Shown: in pieces, positions 1-12,593 of the stretch
Numbering within the stretch: the first letter of the stretch is position 1
How the letters are laid out: each line of letters starts with the position of its first letter
Assembly: GCA_026023565.1 (NCBI GenBank)
Contig: JAPETS010000017.1
Coordinates: forward strand, 248,001 to 312,000
Length of the DNA: 64,000 nucleotides
Direction: 5' to 3'
Source: Cirrosporium novae-zelandiae
Taxonomy: Eukaryota
Notes under the pieces: model-generated
Database searches by the model: none
What the model saw: the letters and a program-made list of their open reading frames with translations, nothing else
What the model was told of the DNA's origin: nothing
Program-made: the position numbers and the translations under genes

Positions 1-520
1 TTGTAGTTTTCGAAGGAATTGTAGGTGTACCGGACGCTGTGAGTAAGCCAGTCTCTGAGTGAGTGGATGAATTTCTAGAACTAGATAAAATAGAAGTTGA
101 CGTAGGAATTGTGGTCGATGTAGCAGAAACAAATGAAACTGTTGTCGTGATCATTAATGTAGCAGTGATTGTTGAATGAGTGTTGGGTAAAGCGCCCACT
201 ATTCCAGAACAAATAGCATATACGGTCGTGTCATGAAGGGTTTGACTTGAGCATTCTGCTGCAACGCAAGCAAGAGCGCCTTCTCCAAGCGTATATCCCG
301 AAGTACTGTTTTTTGTGCAAAGGCAATCTAGACTTCGTTGATTGGCGCAAATCGATGTTGGAAAGTTATGGTCAATGAATTGAGCTAAACAGGATTGTGA
401 ACAGAAAGGTATGGATTTCACGATAGATGAAGGGAGTGGATTCGAAGGCTGCGGTAAGGCCGAGGCAAATGCTTGAAGAAAGAGCAAGATGCGTTGAAAT
501 CTGAGAAATGGTATCGTCAT
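1..520 (-). CDS. CFEM-like secreted/cell-surface protein, 5' part (runs off the window)
   Basis: Not in the ORF track. From ATG at 520 it reads MTIPFLRFQRILLFLQAFASALPQP..IPFCSQSCLAQF..ICANQRSLDCLCTKNSTSGYTLGEGALACVAAEC..YAICSG, then a Ser/Thr-rich stalk. Signal-like N-terminus plus 8 Cys; open to position 1. Confidence 0.8.
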   Translation of the reverse strand, partial: MTIPFLRFQRILLFLQAFASALPQPSNPLPSSIVKSIPFCSQSCLAQFIDHNFPTSICANQRSLDCLCTKNSTSGYTLGEGALACVAAECSSQTLHDTTVYAICSGIVGALPNTHSTITATLMITTTVSFVSATSTTIPTSTSILSSSRNSSTHSETGLLTASGTPTIPSKTT

Positions 521-1680
521 GCTGTATGAAAACTGATACCAGATTAGCCACCAGACGATCCTGTCTCCAGCACTCAAAATAGACTGACCTTTTGGAAATT
601 AAAAGTCCCAAACATAAGAAACCCAACATCAGAAAAGAAAATATTGATACATTATCAGAGTTGAAGAAGATGTCAATCAGGAATCTGAAGAACAGAGAAA
701 AAAGGAGAAGTTGAAGAGCACGAAACACTCATCTTGCAGGGCAAGATGGAATTTTGATCACTGGCATTCTGCATCTTTAGGGAGCCATATGCGTCATTAG
801 GCTCTGGATAGCCAGTGTCAAGACTTGACGCCTCATTCGAAGCGCCTTGAATGAAACTCAAGCTGTACGATTTTGAGGTCGGAGGTTGTTGGCAATTTGT
901 TGGTTGTTGGATGGAATACGCGCTTTGTCTAGCGTTTAGAGCATGGCTCACTAGAGAGTGGTTGCCAAGTTGCAGGTCACGTGTAATATCTTCAGCCTTA
1001 AGCTTACAATGACGTGCAACCATTCATCTCAAGTCCCTTGACGCCCACATTGATCCATCCAAGCGGTTCCATCTCAAAATTTTCAGGGCAGTCAGGGCGA
1101 AGAAAACCCTAGACCTGGAGATCATTCTCCAAATTTTCTTGCAGAAGGGGCTTGCCTCCGAGCACCCAATTCTCAAGTGCCTATCCCGCCAAACTATCCC
1201 TCAAGTCTATCAACGTAACTGTGGCACTCCCGGATTACTCGAATTATGAGGGTTACAAGTCTAAGTACTGACTACAATCGCAAACAATCGCAACGTGTAC
1301 ATATAGTGAATGTAGAAATCATGACAGGATATTCATTAGGTAGATACATCGTTTAACGTCTCTGACGACATGGGTATTTCATACTCGTAATCAGCTTCGT
1401 AGAGACTCCTCCATGACTATCACTCAAGAAACAACCCAAGAAAAAACACCGGCAACCAACTAATGTCAACAATCAAGCATGAAGTGAAAATATCTTTTCC
1501 CATGATAGCGATGCTGTGCAAGGGCGAAATCATGCATCTATTACGCATCGATACACCAAAGTTGTCATCAATCATGGAACAAAAGCCGAGGTTAGAAGTG
1601 GAAGGACAAAGTGAGGTCGGTCCTTGCCAGTTCAAATGCGCTGCGGGAGGAAGATTGGCGATATAGGGCGCGCCATCTTG

Positions 1681-1986
1681 CTAATATTTGAGGATGATAT
1701 ATCTAGGGAAGCAGGTCAGTGATTGATAGATAAAACATATGGATATATTCTAATTGACTTACAGTGCATGGATGATACCAGGAATGTAACCAAGGATAGT
1801 CAAGCAAATGTTGATGAGGAGATCACAGTTGCAACCACGCTCGAGGAATACACCAAGAGGCGGGAGGATGATGGCAAGGATGATCTTGCAAATGTCGCTA
1901 TGCAAATATTAGCAAGACTGAGGTAAAAGAATGTCTCTATTAAGACAAAGAGTGGTTGTATTTGGTTACCTAGCGGTGAAGGCCAT
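1681..1986 (-). CDS. PMP3: Plasma membrane proteolipid 3 (Pmp3/RCI2 family), 57 aa
   Basis: Exons 1986-1970, 1897-1763 and 1702-1681 give MAFTASDICKIILAIILPPLGVFLERGCNCDLLINICLTILGYIPGIIHALYIILKY*. GT-AG introns with branch sites. Missed by the ORF track. Confidence 0.95.
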
Positions 1987-3073
1987 GTTGACTAGTTGTT
2001 TATGATTCAAGTGGTTATTGGAGAAGTTGTAGATAGAATTTTGTTGAGTCCAAGAAGTTTGTTTGTAGCGCGTATCTTATGAATCAGGTAGGTTATTGTT
2101 ATTGATATTTTGTATGCGAGAAATGAACTGGGGATGATGCGAAGGAGGTTGGTTTTAAAGCTATTGGGGGTTGGCAACTGGTGCCAAGAAGAAACTGCAT
2201 AACTTTAGGATGCCGTCATGTTTCCGAAAGTTCCTGTGGCTAAGCGCCCAGCCACGCCGCTCACTCAGCCGGAAAAGTGCAAAGACGACGCTCGACCCTA
2301 TTCAGCCACAGTAATGATATCATGCTCCACATTTGACACCAACCTTCCTTTCACCCCCACCACTTCCAGGTTCCTTTCCAGTTTATTTGAACCTTTAATC
2401 TTCCTTTCTTGTTTAGCATCTTCCGAACCAAGGAATGTCCAGGAACCATCTGTGAAATCACAGCTAAACTTCTGATATCCATCTCTATTCCCAGGCAGCA
2501 AAAAAAAAAGTCACTGTGAGTAATGAGTTCCTTCGGTTCATTTGACAGTCTCCACCCTACCAGGATACCTGTTCCCCACCAGCAATTGAAATTACAGAAA
2601 CTAGGGCTCTGATTCGAGCGGAAGAAACTGATTGGACCGCCGTGAACTTTCACTCAGCCTTGGCCAGGTATTTACAAATCAAATGTACATGTTCTAGTGC
2701 TGACAGAAATTCTTGTCGCGCTTAAAAATTCTTTGTAAAAGCGAATGCTTTTTGGTCATGCGCACGAAGATATGAAAGTATGCGATTGTATGACTCTTAG
2801 TGAAGAACAATAATCTATCTAATATGTGACGAAGTCCCCTCTGCTTACTATAATTACTTAACCATCTAATGGCATTTACACCCGTTGAAATCTACCAACA
2901 AATCTTCATGCAAGACTTGCAAAATCAAGATGTTATCCAAAAAAGCTAAGAGAAGTGAAAATGGATATCATTGTGCTCATAATTTCATGCTCGTGAAATG
3001 TGTAGTCCCTACTTCTACTATGGCATCACTAAAGGGCATATGAACTTCCTCAATGCTAATGGAACCTATAATT

Positions 3074-3761
3074 CTAGACCCCAGCCTGTTTCTGGATATC
3101 CGCTTCGGCGCCCCTCTGTTGCGTCTTTCCAGAGTCGTGTTGTTTTTGATAGTCCCCTTGTGCTTCCTTGTTCCCGGTTAGGCCGGCAACAGCACTTCCA
3201 ACAGCTCCGCTCACACGATTGACTTTATAAGTGTTAGCGCTTTCCGACATTATTATGAAAATAAATACATACCATATCCACTTCCCAGATCATTGAGTTG
3301 GCCTTGAGCCTCTTGTCCCTTCCCTTGACGGTTCTGCTCAATCCCTTCCTGTTTTAATCCTTCAGCGCCGACAAGATTGCCGATTGACTCCTTCGCAGCA
3401 CCAACAGTCTGATTCCACGAACCCTGCGTGCGGTTGGGGTCATCCTTAGTGACAGCGCCGGTTTCTGAAGCGCTAAAGGGGCCGACTTTGGCAGAAGCAT
3501 GAGAAAGATCATTCTCAAAGGCAGCTTTATCCTTTTGGTCTTGGGCTTGGGCCTGTATACAAATTGAATTAATACTGCGTAGCATTACAACACACATCGG
3601 CTCCAAGACTGGATCAAAAATGGTATTATCGGTTTTCCAGGTAGGATCCATACCTTATCTGCTGGGTTACCTGTCAAGGCACCAATGCCAGATGAAATAA
3701 TACCCTTCGCCTGGTCGACATATGAGGCAGCGGTAGAACCTGAAGTGTTGTCGGAGCTCAT
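3074..3761 (-). CDS. CsbD-like hydrophilic stress protein ('mismatched base pair and cruciform DNA recognition protein' family), about 178 aa
   Basis: Exons 3761-3654, 3552-3273 and 3222-3074. Motifs GSWNQTVGAAKESIGNLVG and QNRQGKGQEAQGQLNDLGSG; C-terminus HDSGKTQQRGAEADIQKQAGV*. Confidence 0.85.
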
Positions 3762-3985
3762 GTTGGATGATTCTAAATTTGATCGCAGTTTAAATTGAGA
3801 TGTGTGATGCTTAGAAATGGGTCTGAATTAAAATTTGTTCAAGGTGGTTTGTTGATTGATAGTGGTATTAAGAGCCTGAAAGCAGGACAAGAGAAGCAAT
3901 AAATAATCCTCTATGTTGGAAATGAATTCACTATGGCGTAATAGCGTTGGCAGAATCTACGTACGTTGTACAAAGGAAGTGTCAA

Positions 3986-3995
3986 GTGACGTCAC
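3986..3995. promoter_or_regulatory. CRE/ATF-type palindrome GTGACGTCAC upstream of the CsbD-like gene
   Basis: Perfect TGACGTCA core about 230 nt upstream of the ATG; an STRE-like AGGGG lies at 4040-4044. Confidence 0.45.
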
Positions 3996-4760
3996 AGCTA
4001 TGAGACAAAGAATGGCTGGAGGGATCCAGTGCCAAGGTAAGGGGACATGAGGAACTTTAAAATGCTGCATAACCCGAAAGTGGGAGATGAACCATGTGGC
4101 AATTGAAGTGGCGTGTGGTTCACTTTCAAGTGATTGAAATTGACGCAGGAGGCGACATTTAGAGTACTGGAACAATCGAAAATCGAGTTTTATTTTCAAA
4201 AATGTCCAGCTGACCTCAACCAAATATCAGTGTCACCAAGTTAGAAAAACTCGTGATTTAATTTCTGCCATACTAGTTAAAGCCCGAGTTCTAAATCAAA
4301 GGGGATCAAGGATAAATATGGAGTATCCCGTAGATTGGTCTATGGCTTGAAGGGAAGCATGCATCATTATAAAAAAAATGCACGAAATGAGATCTGGTTT
4401 TGCTTGGAGCAGATTTTATGGCTTTGGCCTTCATAAGATACTAGGAAATTTGATGGAAGGCTTGTTGAAAGTCTTTTTATTTTTACCATCATCTCTTGTC
4501 ACGCCTGACTTATACTAGGTGCTCTCAATCAGAACCTCTCACCTTGACCTTTTAGGGAGCTAGCATTTATGGAAGCCCCTGCGATTGAAATAATCCCATT
4601 GCTGTCGTAGTAAAATGCCCAATAAGGGCATAGTTGATACTGCGGGCATTCACATTATATTGTTTCGAAAAGTTCGGGCTGAACCCCAGGTCTCATGCCC
4701 TGACGTACATGCAAAACCGAGGTCAGTCCGGTTATCAAGGTTAATATATTAGTGGTAGCA

Positions 4761-5681
4761 TCATGATACCTCCACCCACCTGAGCTCATATCCAAAAACA
4801 GTTCTCCGGAGTAACTCATCCTATCAAGAATAAGTACAAATCGGAGTCTAACACAAACCAACAGGACTTACCCCAGGGTCTTCTGAGAACATAACCTTGT
4901 CCATAACTTTCTCTAATGTCTTTTCTACACTAAACCCAGCTTTTCGGGCAACTTCAAAAAAAGCTAAGTCTTTTTCCAGTAACCAAGGACGATAGGGAGT
5001 GAAGAAAACCAGTGCCCGCGCATCGACTGATTTTTTCAATGATTTCTGTACACTGGCTACCAGCTTCGAGTGTTCGGAATGGTTGAAAACAAGATCAGCA
5101 AGAATCAGCATATCGAAGCCAGCAGACGGCTCATCTAGGTGGGACAAAATCTTGTCTGGAGAGGATCCCCATAGATAACCCTTTGGCTTGTGAGCATAAT
5201 TCTGATCACAATCTCGTGGGGACTAACCTCTACGGTGACAGATGGGTCTCCATTGTATGCCAATACTGTTCTTACATTTTCACGCAGATTCGCAATCAAG
5301 TCAGGATCCGGATAATCTGTAATTACCACTTTGCGGGCGCCCTTCAATGCGCATACAATACTAGGTAAGCCAGCACCTGCTCCCAGTTCGAGTATAGTCT
5401 TCCCTTTGACAAGCTCACTACCTCGTTGTTCAAGGTAGTCGGCGATGACTTTTCCAGCATTCCATAAATAGTGGCCCTCTCTCCCAGTCAGTAAAGCTGC
5501 ATCTCTCTACATCAATCCAAATCGAGTCAAGTACCCAGAGCGGACTATGGCCCACAAGCCTCAGGGCTATTGTATCACCAGAATGCAGTCGATATTCAAC
5601 ATGAGTAGCCGGCTTCTCTGGTTGATAAAAGTCTTCTGGCTCCTGGAATAGCGAATCCAACAGGTCGTCCTCACCTGCCAT
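4761..5681 (-). CDS. EFM7: Protein N-terminal/lysine methyltransferase Efm7 (Nnt1), about 254 aa
   Basis: Exons 5681-5535, 5476-5228, 5180-4872 and 4820-4761. Motifs [64 protein letters not shown]. Confidence 0.92.
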
Positions 5682-6363
5682 TGATTACTCTGTTGCAAAC
5701 GATATAGTGGAGAGGGATAAATAAATAGCTATATTAATTAACATGTCAGCCAGAAGATTGAAGATATTTTTTTCAGTGTGGAGTCGGCTAATTAAGCTGA
5801 GATGGGGAATGCCGAGGGATAAATGAACGCTGATTTGTTGAAGGATTTGAAGCTTCAGTCAAATGCACCTTTTTTTTGTTTGTTCTTCGGGTCGAGTTGC
5901 AGTCTTCCTCTCTACCGATGCCGTCTCTCCGGCCGGAAATTCCACTACTCGCCTGGCCTGCCTGTACGAAACACCTCCACAATACTTAAGAATGTTACAT
6001 ACTAGCATGGCTTCGGGCTTCTCCATCACTAGTTGTTTTCTCGCCGTATGCGAATATATATATCTTAAATAACAGCCAAATTACAAAATCCCCGAACAGC
6101 ACACAACACCCAGCTCCGACACACATTAAAACCCTAATATTCTGTTTCTACCCCACGCTTCCCCCCCCCACGTCCATACATTGTGATTGCAGGCAAATCA
6201 TCCCAATCAACGATAGCCGTCGGGCTCTTTGCTCATACCAAGTGCTGATTTTGGCTACAGGTCATAATTCAATTTTCTGACCTAACTCCTTCCATTCGGG
6301 GCCGAACTGTTTCGAGTCGACTATAAAGCAGCTGTGGTCATCCGACATTTCTTTATCTTTATC

Positions 6364-6852
6364 ATGGAATCGGGACGTCGGCCACAACAAAATCCTCAAA
6401 TACCTCCAACGTCAAATCAAAGCCGATTAGAGTCTCAATACTCCTCACAATACTGCTCCTCGACCTCTTCGTTACCATCATCACTTGCGAGTACTAGAAT
6501 GGGCTCGTCAACAACCATGGCGAGCGCCTCTTTTATTGCACCGTTCCCTAGTCAGCCAGCACAACCTGGGACAACGCCTGAGGCCTTTCAATCTAGACAT
6601 GGACAAATTACGAACATTTCACAACCCTTCCAGACACACACCGGGTTTCAGACGGCACCAGGTGTTTCTGATAATAAACAAGAGCATATACAACAGGATA
6701 TTGTGATGCAACAAGACAGTCAGAACCAAGGAGAAACCGACAACCCTACAGCAGCGGCAGCTTATTTGAAAAAACATACGCTACTTGCGGAAGCAGCAAA
6801 AAGGGCAGAAATGGCGGTTTTAATGCGAGATTTCGAGGGTGTCGCATTATAG
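6364..6852 (+). CDS. Conserved fungal hypothetical protein (S/Q-rich, C-terminal LLAEAAKRAEMAVLMRDFE motif)
   Basis: Single-exon ORF from ATG 6364. The C-terminal helix resembles a motif I recall from Pezizomycotina hypotheticals. Divergent from EFM7. Confidence 0.7.
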   Translation: MESGRRPQQNPQIPPTSNQSRLESQYSSQYCSSTSSLPSSLASTRMGSSTTMASASFIAPFPSQPAQPGTTPEAFQSRHGQITNISQPFQTHTGFQTAPGVSDNKQEHIQQDIVMQQDSQNQGETDNPTAAAAYLKKHTLLAEAAKRAEMAVLMRDFEGVAL

Positions 6853-8927
6853 ACCGAATGATGGTCCACTGCTGCTTCTACATATTATATTTAATCTAAT
6901 ATTTTGATACGCAGCCCTGCCTTCCATGTGATCTCAACTTCGCTTTTCCTCATCCCTTCCTCAAATGCCATATGAAGTCAGCAGTTCGGGATTATTCTCA
7001 AAAATTACCTGGGTTCCTATTCTATAATAGACCTGACGGCTCCCCGCTCTCTGTACATGGTGTTAATCTCGGTATCAAGCATTTCTATGGCGTTATATGG
7101 GGCGGTATCGTCACTTGTTTATTATGTCTTATGGTTTGATGGTGTGGATTTTGAAAAATGACTCGGTTTACCGACCGGTGGATCGGTGGACCTCGCGTTC
7201 TCGATACAATTCCAAGGCACTGATTCTTACTGAGACCAATTGTTAGATAACAATTCGATCATATATCGAGCGGGGATCATATACCAACAATCTCTCGCTC
7301 AGTTACGCCCGGCTTTTGTTTGTGTTACGTTGAGCATCACTCTACTCCAATCGTTGTTTGAGGCGATTGCCCCACACCCCGCCCAGATGAGGCTCACATT
7401 TCGCTCGTAGATGCTTATGGTTATGACTACCCATTTATGATCGGGTTTGCTTTACGTGTCACAACTTGAAAATATACGGCCGACGCTGAATAACTATAAC
7501 CAACCATCTAAAATGGCTTGCAACGCAATTTGGGTCAAAGAGTACGTCTGGTTAGCTGCATGCTTCTTGCACCCCTCAAACAATCTGCTCAAATGGCAAT
7601 TATTTTACCCCGCAATTGAACTGTAACGTTTGGTCGGCTTCAGGTGACTATTTGCGATGCTCAGTCCCACCAACTATCTCGCAGTGCATTAGGAATTTCC
7701 CTTATCGGCGAAGTGTCCACGGGTTTAGATATCAATTTATTGATATCATCTGAGATTGGAGTTTAACCAACTTACACGGTCCAACGGTAGTTTTACTGGC
7801 TATCAGTATTTGTGACCTGGGATTTGGATCCTATGCCAATATCAAGTGTTACTCTTGGAAGTCTCAAGCTGCAGAGAGCTTAATTTGTAGCGTAGCCTAA
7901 TCGTAGATTAATTGGGGATAGTAACTTATTAAAAGTAGTCAAGGTTTCTCGAACGCTAAAGCAAACCAATGAAGGTCTGAGCACATTTAGTGAGGGGTAT
8001 GCACTGGATACTTGCGGCTCTTTACAAATTGACTTGTGCTAGATCGGACGCGGGCTATCGCCGTCTCATCATAAGCAACGATGGTTAGGGTTCTTATATA
8101 CAGCCATTGGCTCGAAAAGAGCGGCCAGATTGCAGATGCGCACGAAAACAGGGCGTTAGTGCTCAGTTTTATATTGTATCACGCCATATATCTTTCAACA
8201 TCCAGGAATTACAATGCATGAAAAAGAAAGCTAAGAAGGCTTCAGGCCGCAAGGTTAAAATGATATGGCGCATGCGGCTGTAATTGCAGAATGAAGGCGG
8301 AATTGCTATACTAAGCTACATCCAGTATCGGTAGCTTAAGTATTAACTACCAAGTATTAGCATTCAACTTAAAAATCCGGAGCCTCAATCCTCCATTGAA
8401 ACAATTCCCATCATATTTGCTATGTGAGTTGATCTTCTATCTGGGTCAACTTTATTTAAATTAAAATCCTGGAGAAGTCAATAATGTTACATTTATTCTT
8501 TCAAACACTGAATAATTTTGGACGTCCCAGGTAAATAGTAACTTTGAAGTACTCCCAATCAATGATCTCGAAAGGCTCAAGACCTAAGTCTTCATATGTT
8601 TCACAGCCTTCCGCTCCTTGGTAAACAACAATGAGACTAGGGCCTAACTCGAGCCTGAGCCTCATGCGGCTCTGGTATTCCCCATTTTAAAGGTTGAGGA
8701 AGTCTTTCATTATATCTCTGATTACGTTACTTCATTATCCAGAACCCCGGGCTCAATTGAGCCATTGATATCACTCTTGTTTGGTTTTACTACACCCTTC
8801 TCTCTATCTCCTTGCTTAGTTTTTCTACTTATCTCTGAGTCCTAGAAGGCTTGGATAAAAAACTGGACAGGAGTAGATGGGCAAACGCATTCTCTGGCTT
8901 GTCTTCATCCTACAACCAATTCCAGTA

Positions 8928-10957
8928 ATGCGTCCAAGTCTTGATAATCTCCCCTTTGATGTCCTTTTTAACATCGGACAATATTTAGACGTGGATGACG
9001 TCATCAATCTCAGCCGTGTTAGCCGTCAGATATATTCTGCCTTTGGCGCGGATGTGTTTTGTAGGAACGTCACTCAGGTATGCTAGCCGTTCTCCCCCAA
9101 ATCTTGCGCCATACCTTAGGCAACCTAACCATTTTCTAGTTCCGAATTCCATGGGCTCAAGAGAGTCAGCTAGCAAAAAAACATATAATAACCCATCGGA
9201 AAGCTCTGAATAGGATTTTCGAGAGACGACAAGCTTTTGGCCTGGCACGACCATTCTCAGCGTGTCTTTTGGGCTACGGTAGATCATTCATCTATAATGA
9301 AGGTTTCATGTGTTACCTAACTGGCCGCTCCATTCGTATTCTTGATGTCCATGGGTGGGCTAAAGATGAGGCTGTGGTTGATGTTGACCAATTTCTTGAT
9401 CACGTGACCAAAGTGCGATCCAATCAAAGAAGAGGACGACTCACTCTTCTACATTACAGTGATAGACAACTGGCCTGTCTGTATGATGAGAGCAGACCAC
9501 TTTCCAGAGCATGGATAATAGCTCTTGACGTCCGAATAACCCGGTCTACTCAAGAACAAAATCAAATTAGAGCTGTGATTGAACTTGCCGCTTCTACCAA
9601 ATTATTCGCTAGGATTAACGCTGATTTCTTATGCTACGGGACACATGATGGTATTAATAATGATGGCCATCGTGAATGGATTGTACACTGCCACCGATTT
9701 GATGCTGGGGAAGCCTGCTCCGCGGGAGATGGAATTCGGCTTGCGAATTTCGCGGGAGCCGACCTTGGGCTGACATGTACATTCGAACTTTACAACGGAT
9801 ATTTTTATGCCGTGTCGACCCAAACTCGTTTTGAGGTCGAAGAGGTCGATTGGACGTCCTATTACCATGGAATTCGATTTCCACTTGATAACCCAACGTA
9901 CAGACCACTCGAGGAAAATAACAGAATATATCGTCGGCAGCATATTGAAGGTCCGGTTAATGATTCTTGGAGCAGCATTTCCCTCCAGCGAGATGATAGC
10001 ACTGGGGAGTTGTTGATTATTGAGTGTCGTCGTGAGTGGTTTGGTGGAGGTAGCCGCAACATGCGAACTTGGTATACGGTACCGGTCAAGGGAAATTTCC
10101 CTCGGGATAAGACATATTCTCCATACGAATCAAGATCTCCAGCGGAAACAGAAAGCGCTCATATTCACCTCCCCGATGATGTTCTCGTCCAGACACTTGA
10201 TGAATATAGCAAACCAAATTACGAGCCTACACGTGATCGACTCGCTCGTCACTTTCATCCAGAATATAGCGAGAGAGAAGCCCAGCCACGTAACTTTATT
10301 CTAACTAAAACGAAGTACCGCACTTATAATCACGCAAGTTCAGCGTTCTTGGATTTTGTCGATGATCCCCTTCCAACCAGCAATGCATGGGTGTCTCGCC
10401 CTAGGCTACGTCTACGGATTGGCTGTCGCAGACTTATGTCTCCGTTGAATGATGATGGATCGTTGAGAAAACCAAAATCAGATAGTGCTGGGAGGCCAAT
10501 TGAATATAGCGAAGAACGCTTTCAGAATAAAGGAATTCATATGTGGCCCCCAGATAGTTCTCCCGATTGTCTACTTAGATTTTTATATCCTACAGTTTTG
10601 ACCACAGTTCCAGCTGCTTCTGACGAGCGTGCTTTTATTTATATGAGTGGCTCTTGTTCTTGTGAGAATGATTTATTATCCGGGGAGAGAGCAATTATTC
10701 TTATTGGCTTCGATCCAGCGATAGCTCTGGGGTATCGGAAAATCGAATGGCAATTCGGAGATAAAGAGGATGCTGAAAAGGTGAAAAAATTTATAGTAGA
10801 TGATAAAATATGCCATCAAGAGATGGCCGTGTCTAGTTCAACACGTGGACATGATAAATCTAGCACACAGGCCCATTTGCATTGGTTTCGGACTGACAAA
10901 GCTATGCATTTGCAGCTACATGAAGGTTATCGCTTCAAATATACACAAGCTAAGTAA
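8928..10957 (+). CDS. F-box domain protein, about 655 aa
   Basis: Exon 8928-9077 (SLDNLPFDVLFNIGQYLDVDDVINLSRVSRQ, an F-box), intron 9078-9139, exon 9140-10957 in frame with the 562-aa ORF. An alternative in-frame ATG is at 8877. Confidence 0.85.
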
Positions 10958-11499
10958 CAATGAAAATAAAAATCTCATGGACCCTTTCAATTAGAGGATA
11001 AATTCTGACAGAAATGCGAATGGTGTATGTAGCTATTACATATATCCATCACTTGAAGTTAGGTAACATCATCGGTGATCTGAGACTTCGTAAACTCCTA
11101 ACACAATATCGCTTCTAAAACCGGGGCCGGCAGGCCCATAATTACTTCTCCCATCCAATATCAAATCCGCCCGTAGAATGATGGCTGGTGGGCTGAGTAC
11201 CTAGGTACTTGTGAAACATATCTACTAACAAACCAAATAATTTACATAACACATAGTAATTAGGCTAGTGGTCGCATGTACTAAAGAGACTAATAGTATA
11301 TATTTGCATGATTACAATAATTTTACCCTAGAGTTTATGAGTCAAATAAACCAATTACAAATTTCTACCTAAGGTATCCATAGATACCCTAAAATATATC
11401 CCTGCAGCCCTACAGTATCGATAGCCAACTATCAAAAGAACCAACCATCCTGATTAAATTATTTCCTTTCTATACAATTTTTTGGCCAATTATTGAAAA

Positions 11500-12593
11500 A
11501 TGCCGGTATATATTACGATTCGTTCCTCCGAAGTAGAGTTCTCTCAGCTAATCATGCATATAGCTCATTATATTGACTGGCTACCCTTCCTCGGGGAAAA
11601 CATATCGTGCAAACCAGCTACTTGATCTCCTCTCTAAGCATCTTGCAGAAAACCCGCTACATCCTCAGCTAATCCCTCACCATATATCGGACACACATCT
11701 TGGAATCAGTAGAGACACGTATAGGGATACACGAAGAAAAGAAAAGGATGCTCGTGCTGCTTTCACTAGTGCGATTAAAAAAGCCCTAGGAAAAGGAACG
11801 TTTGTGATTGCGGATGGCATGAACTATATAAAGGGATGGAGATACCAAGCTTGGTGTGAGGCCAAGGCCGCGGGAACAAGTTGCTGTGTTGTATGCTTTT
11901 TACCCGTCTTTTAATGTGTGTATCCTAGAACAGATGGAAGAATATTATTGACAGGCCCAGAGATCCATGTAGGGACATCGATTGATACCTGTCGGGCAAA
12001 TAACAAACAACTTCTATCCGAAACCGACAAGGATGGCGGCTATCCGGACGATGTTTTCGAAGAGCTTATAATGCGGTACGAAGAACCCAATGGTATGAAT
12101 CGGTGGGACAGTCCACTATTCACAGTCCTTTACGATGACCGAGAGCCTCCATTCGAGAAAATCTGGGAGGCTTTGATGGGGAAAGAAGGGAAAGGTGTTG
12201 CTATTAGACAGCATCAAGCTACAGTTTTGGTAAGAGATCCGGATTCATTTCTTTATCTCTCGTAATATCCACTCTCCAAAAGCCAAGAATGGTTTCCTAA
12301 TATCCTTGAAGAAGCCGGCAGCATCGGAGGATTATCTTTATATCCTTGACCGTACCACCTCGGATATCACCTCCCAGATTCTAGCCTACCAAAACGACCA
12401 TCCAAGTGAGGGTGGAAGCCAAATATCTTTTCTTGATGTAAAGGAAGCTGTCGAGTTACCTGCGAACGTAGTTACCCTTCCACAACTCCAAAGACTTCGA
12501 AGGCAGTTCATACAGCTGAATCGGGGCACACCGATTGGGAAGAAAATGATAGGAGAAACCTTTGTGGGATTTCTAAATACATCCTTTTCATGA
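11500..12593 (+). CDS. KTI12: Elongator-associated ATPase Kti12, about 293 aa
   Basis: Exons 11500-11505 (MP), 11564-11890, 11963-12229 and 12312-12593. P-loop TGYPSSGKT; motifs DGMNYIKGWRYQ, RYEEPNGMNRWDSPLF, LPQLQRLRRQFI. Confidence 0.95.

Noticed and set aside
1723..1926. Plus-strand 67-aa ORF
   Set aside because: Antisense shadow of PMP3 exon 2.
7420..7502. Possible box C/D snoRNA (ATGATC...CTGA with GGTTAT/ATAACC flanks)
   Set aside because: Box C is imperfect and I recognised no rRNA guide sequence.
8083..8092. AACCCTAACC (minus strand) as a telomerase template
   Set aside because: A 10-mer with no supporting structure; little room before the upstream gene's 3' end.
11891..11962. Stwintron explanation for the KTI12 GAG acceptor
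   Set aside because: It would need 41-nt and 31-nt introns, shorter than any modelled here (minimum 47 nt).
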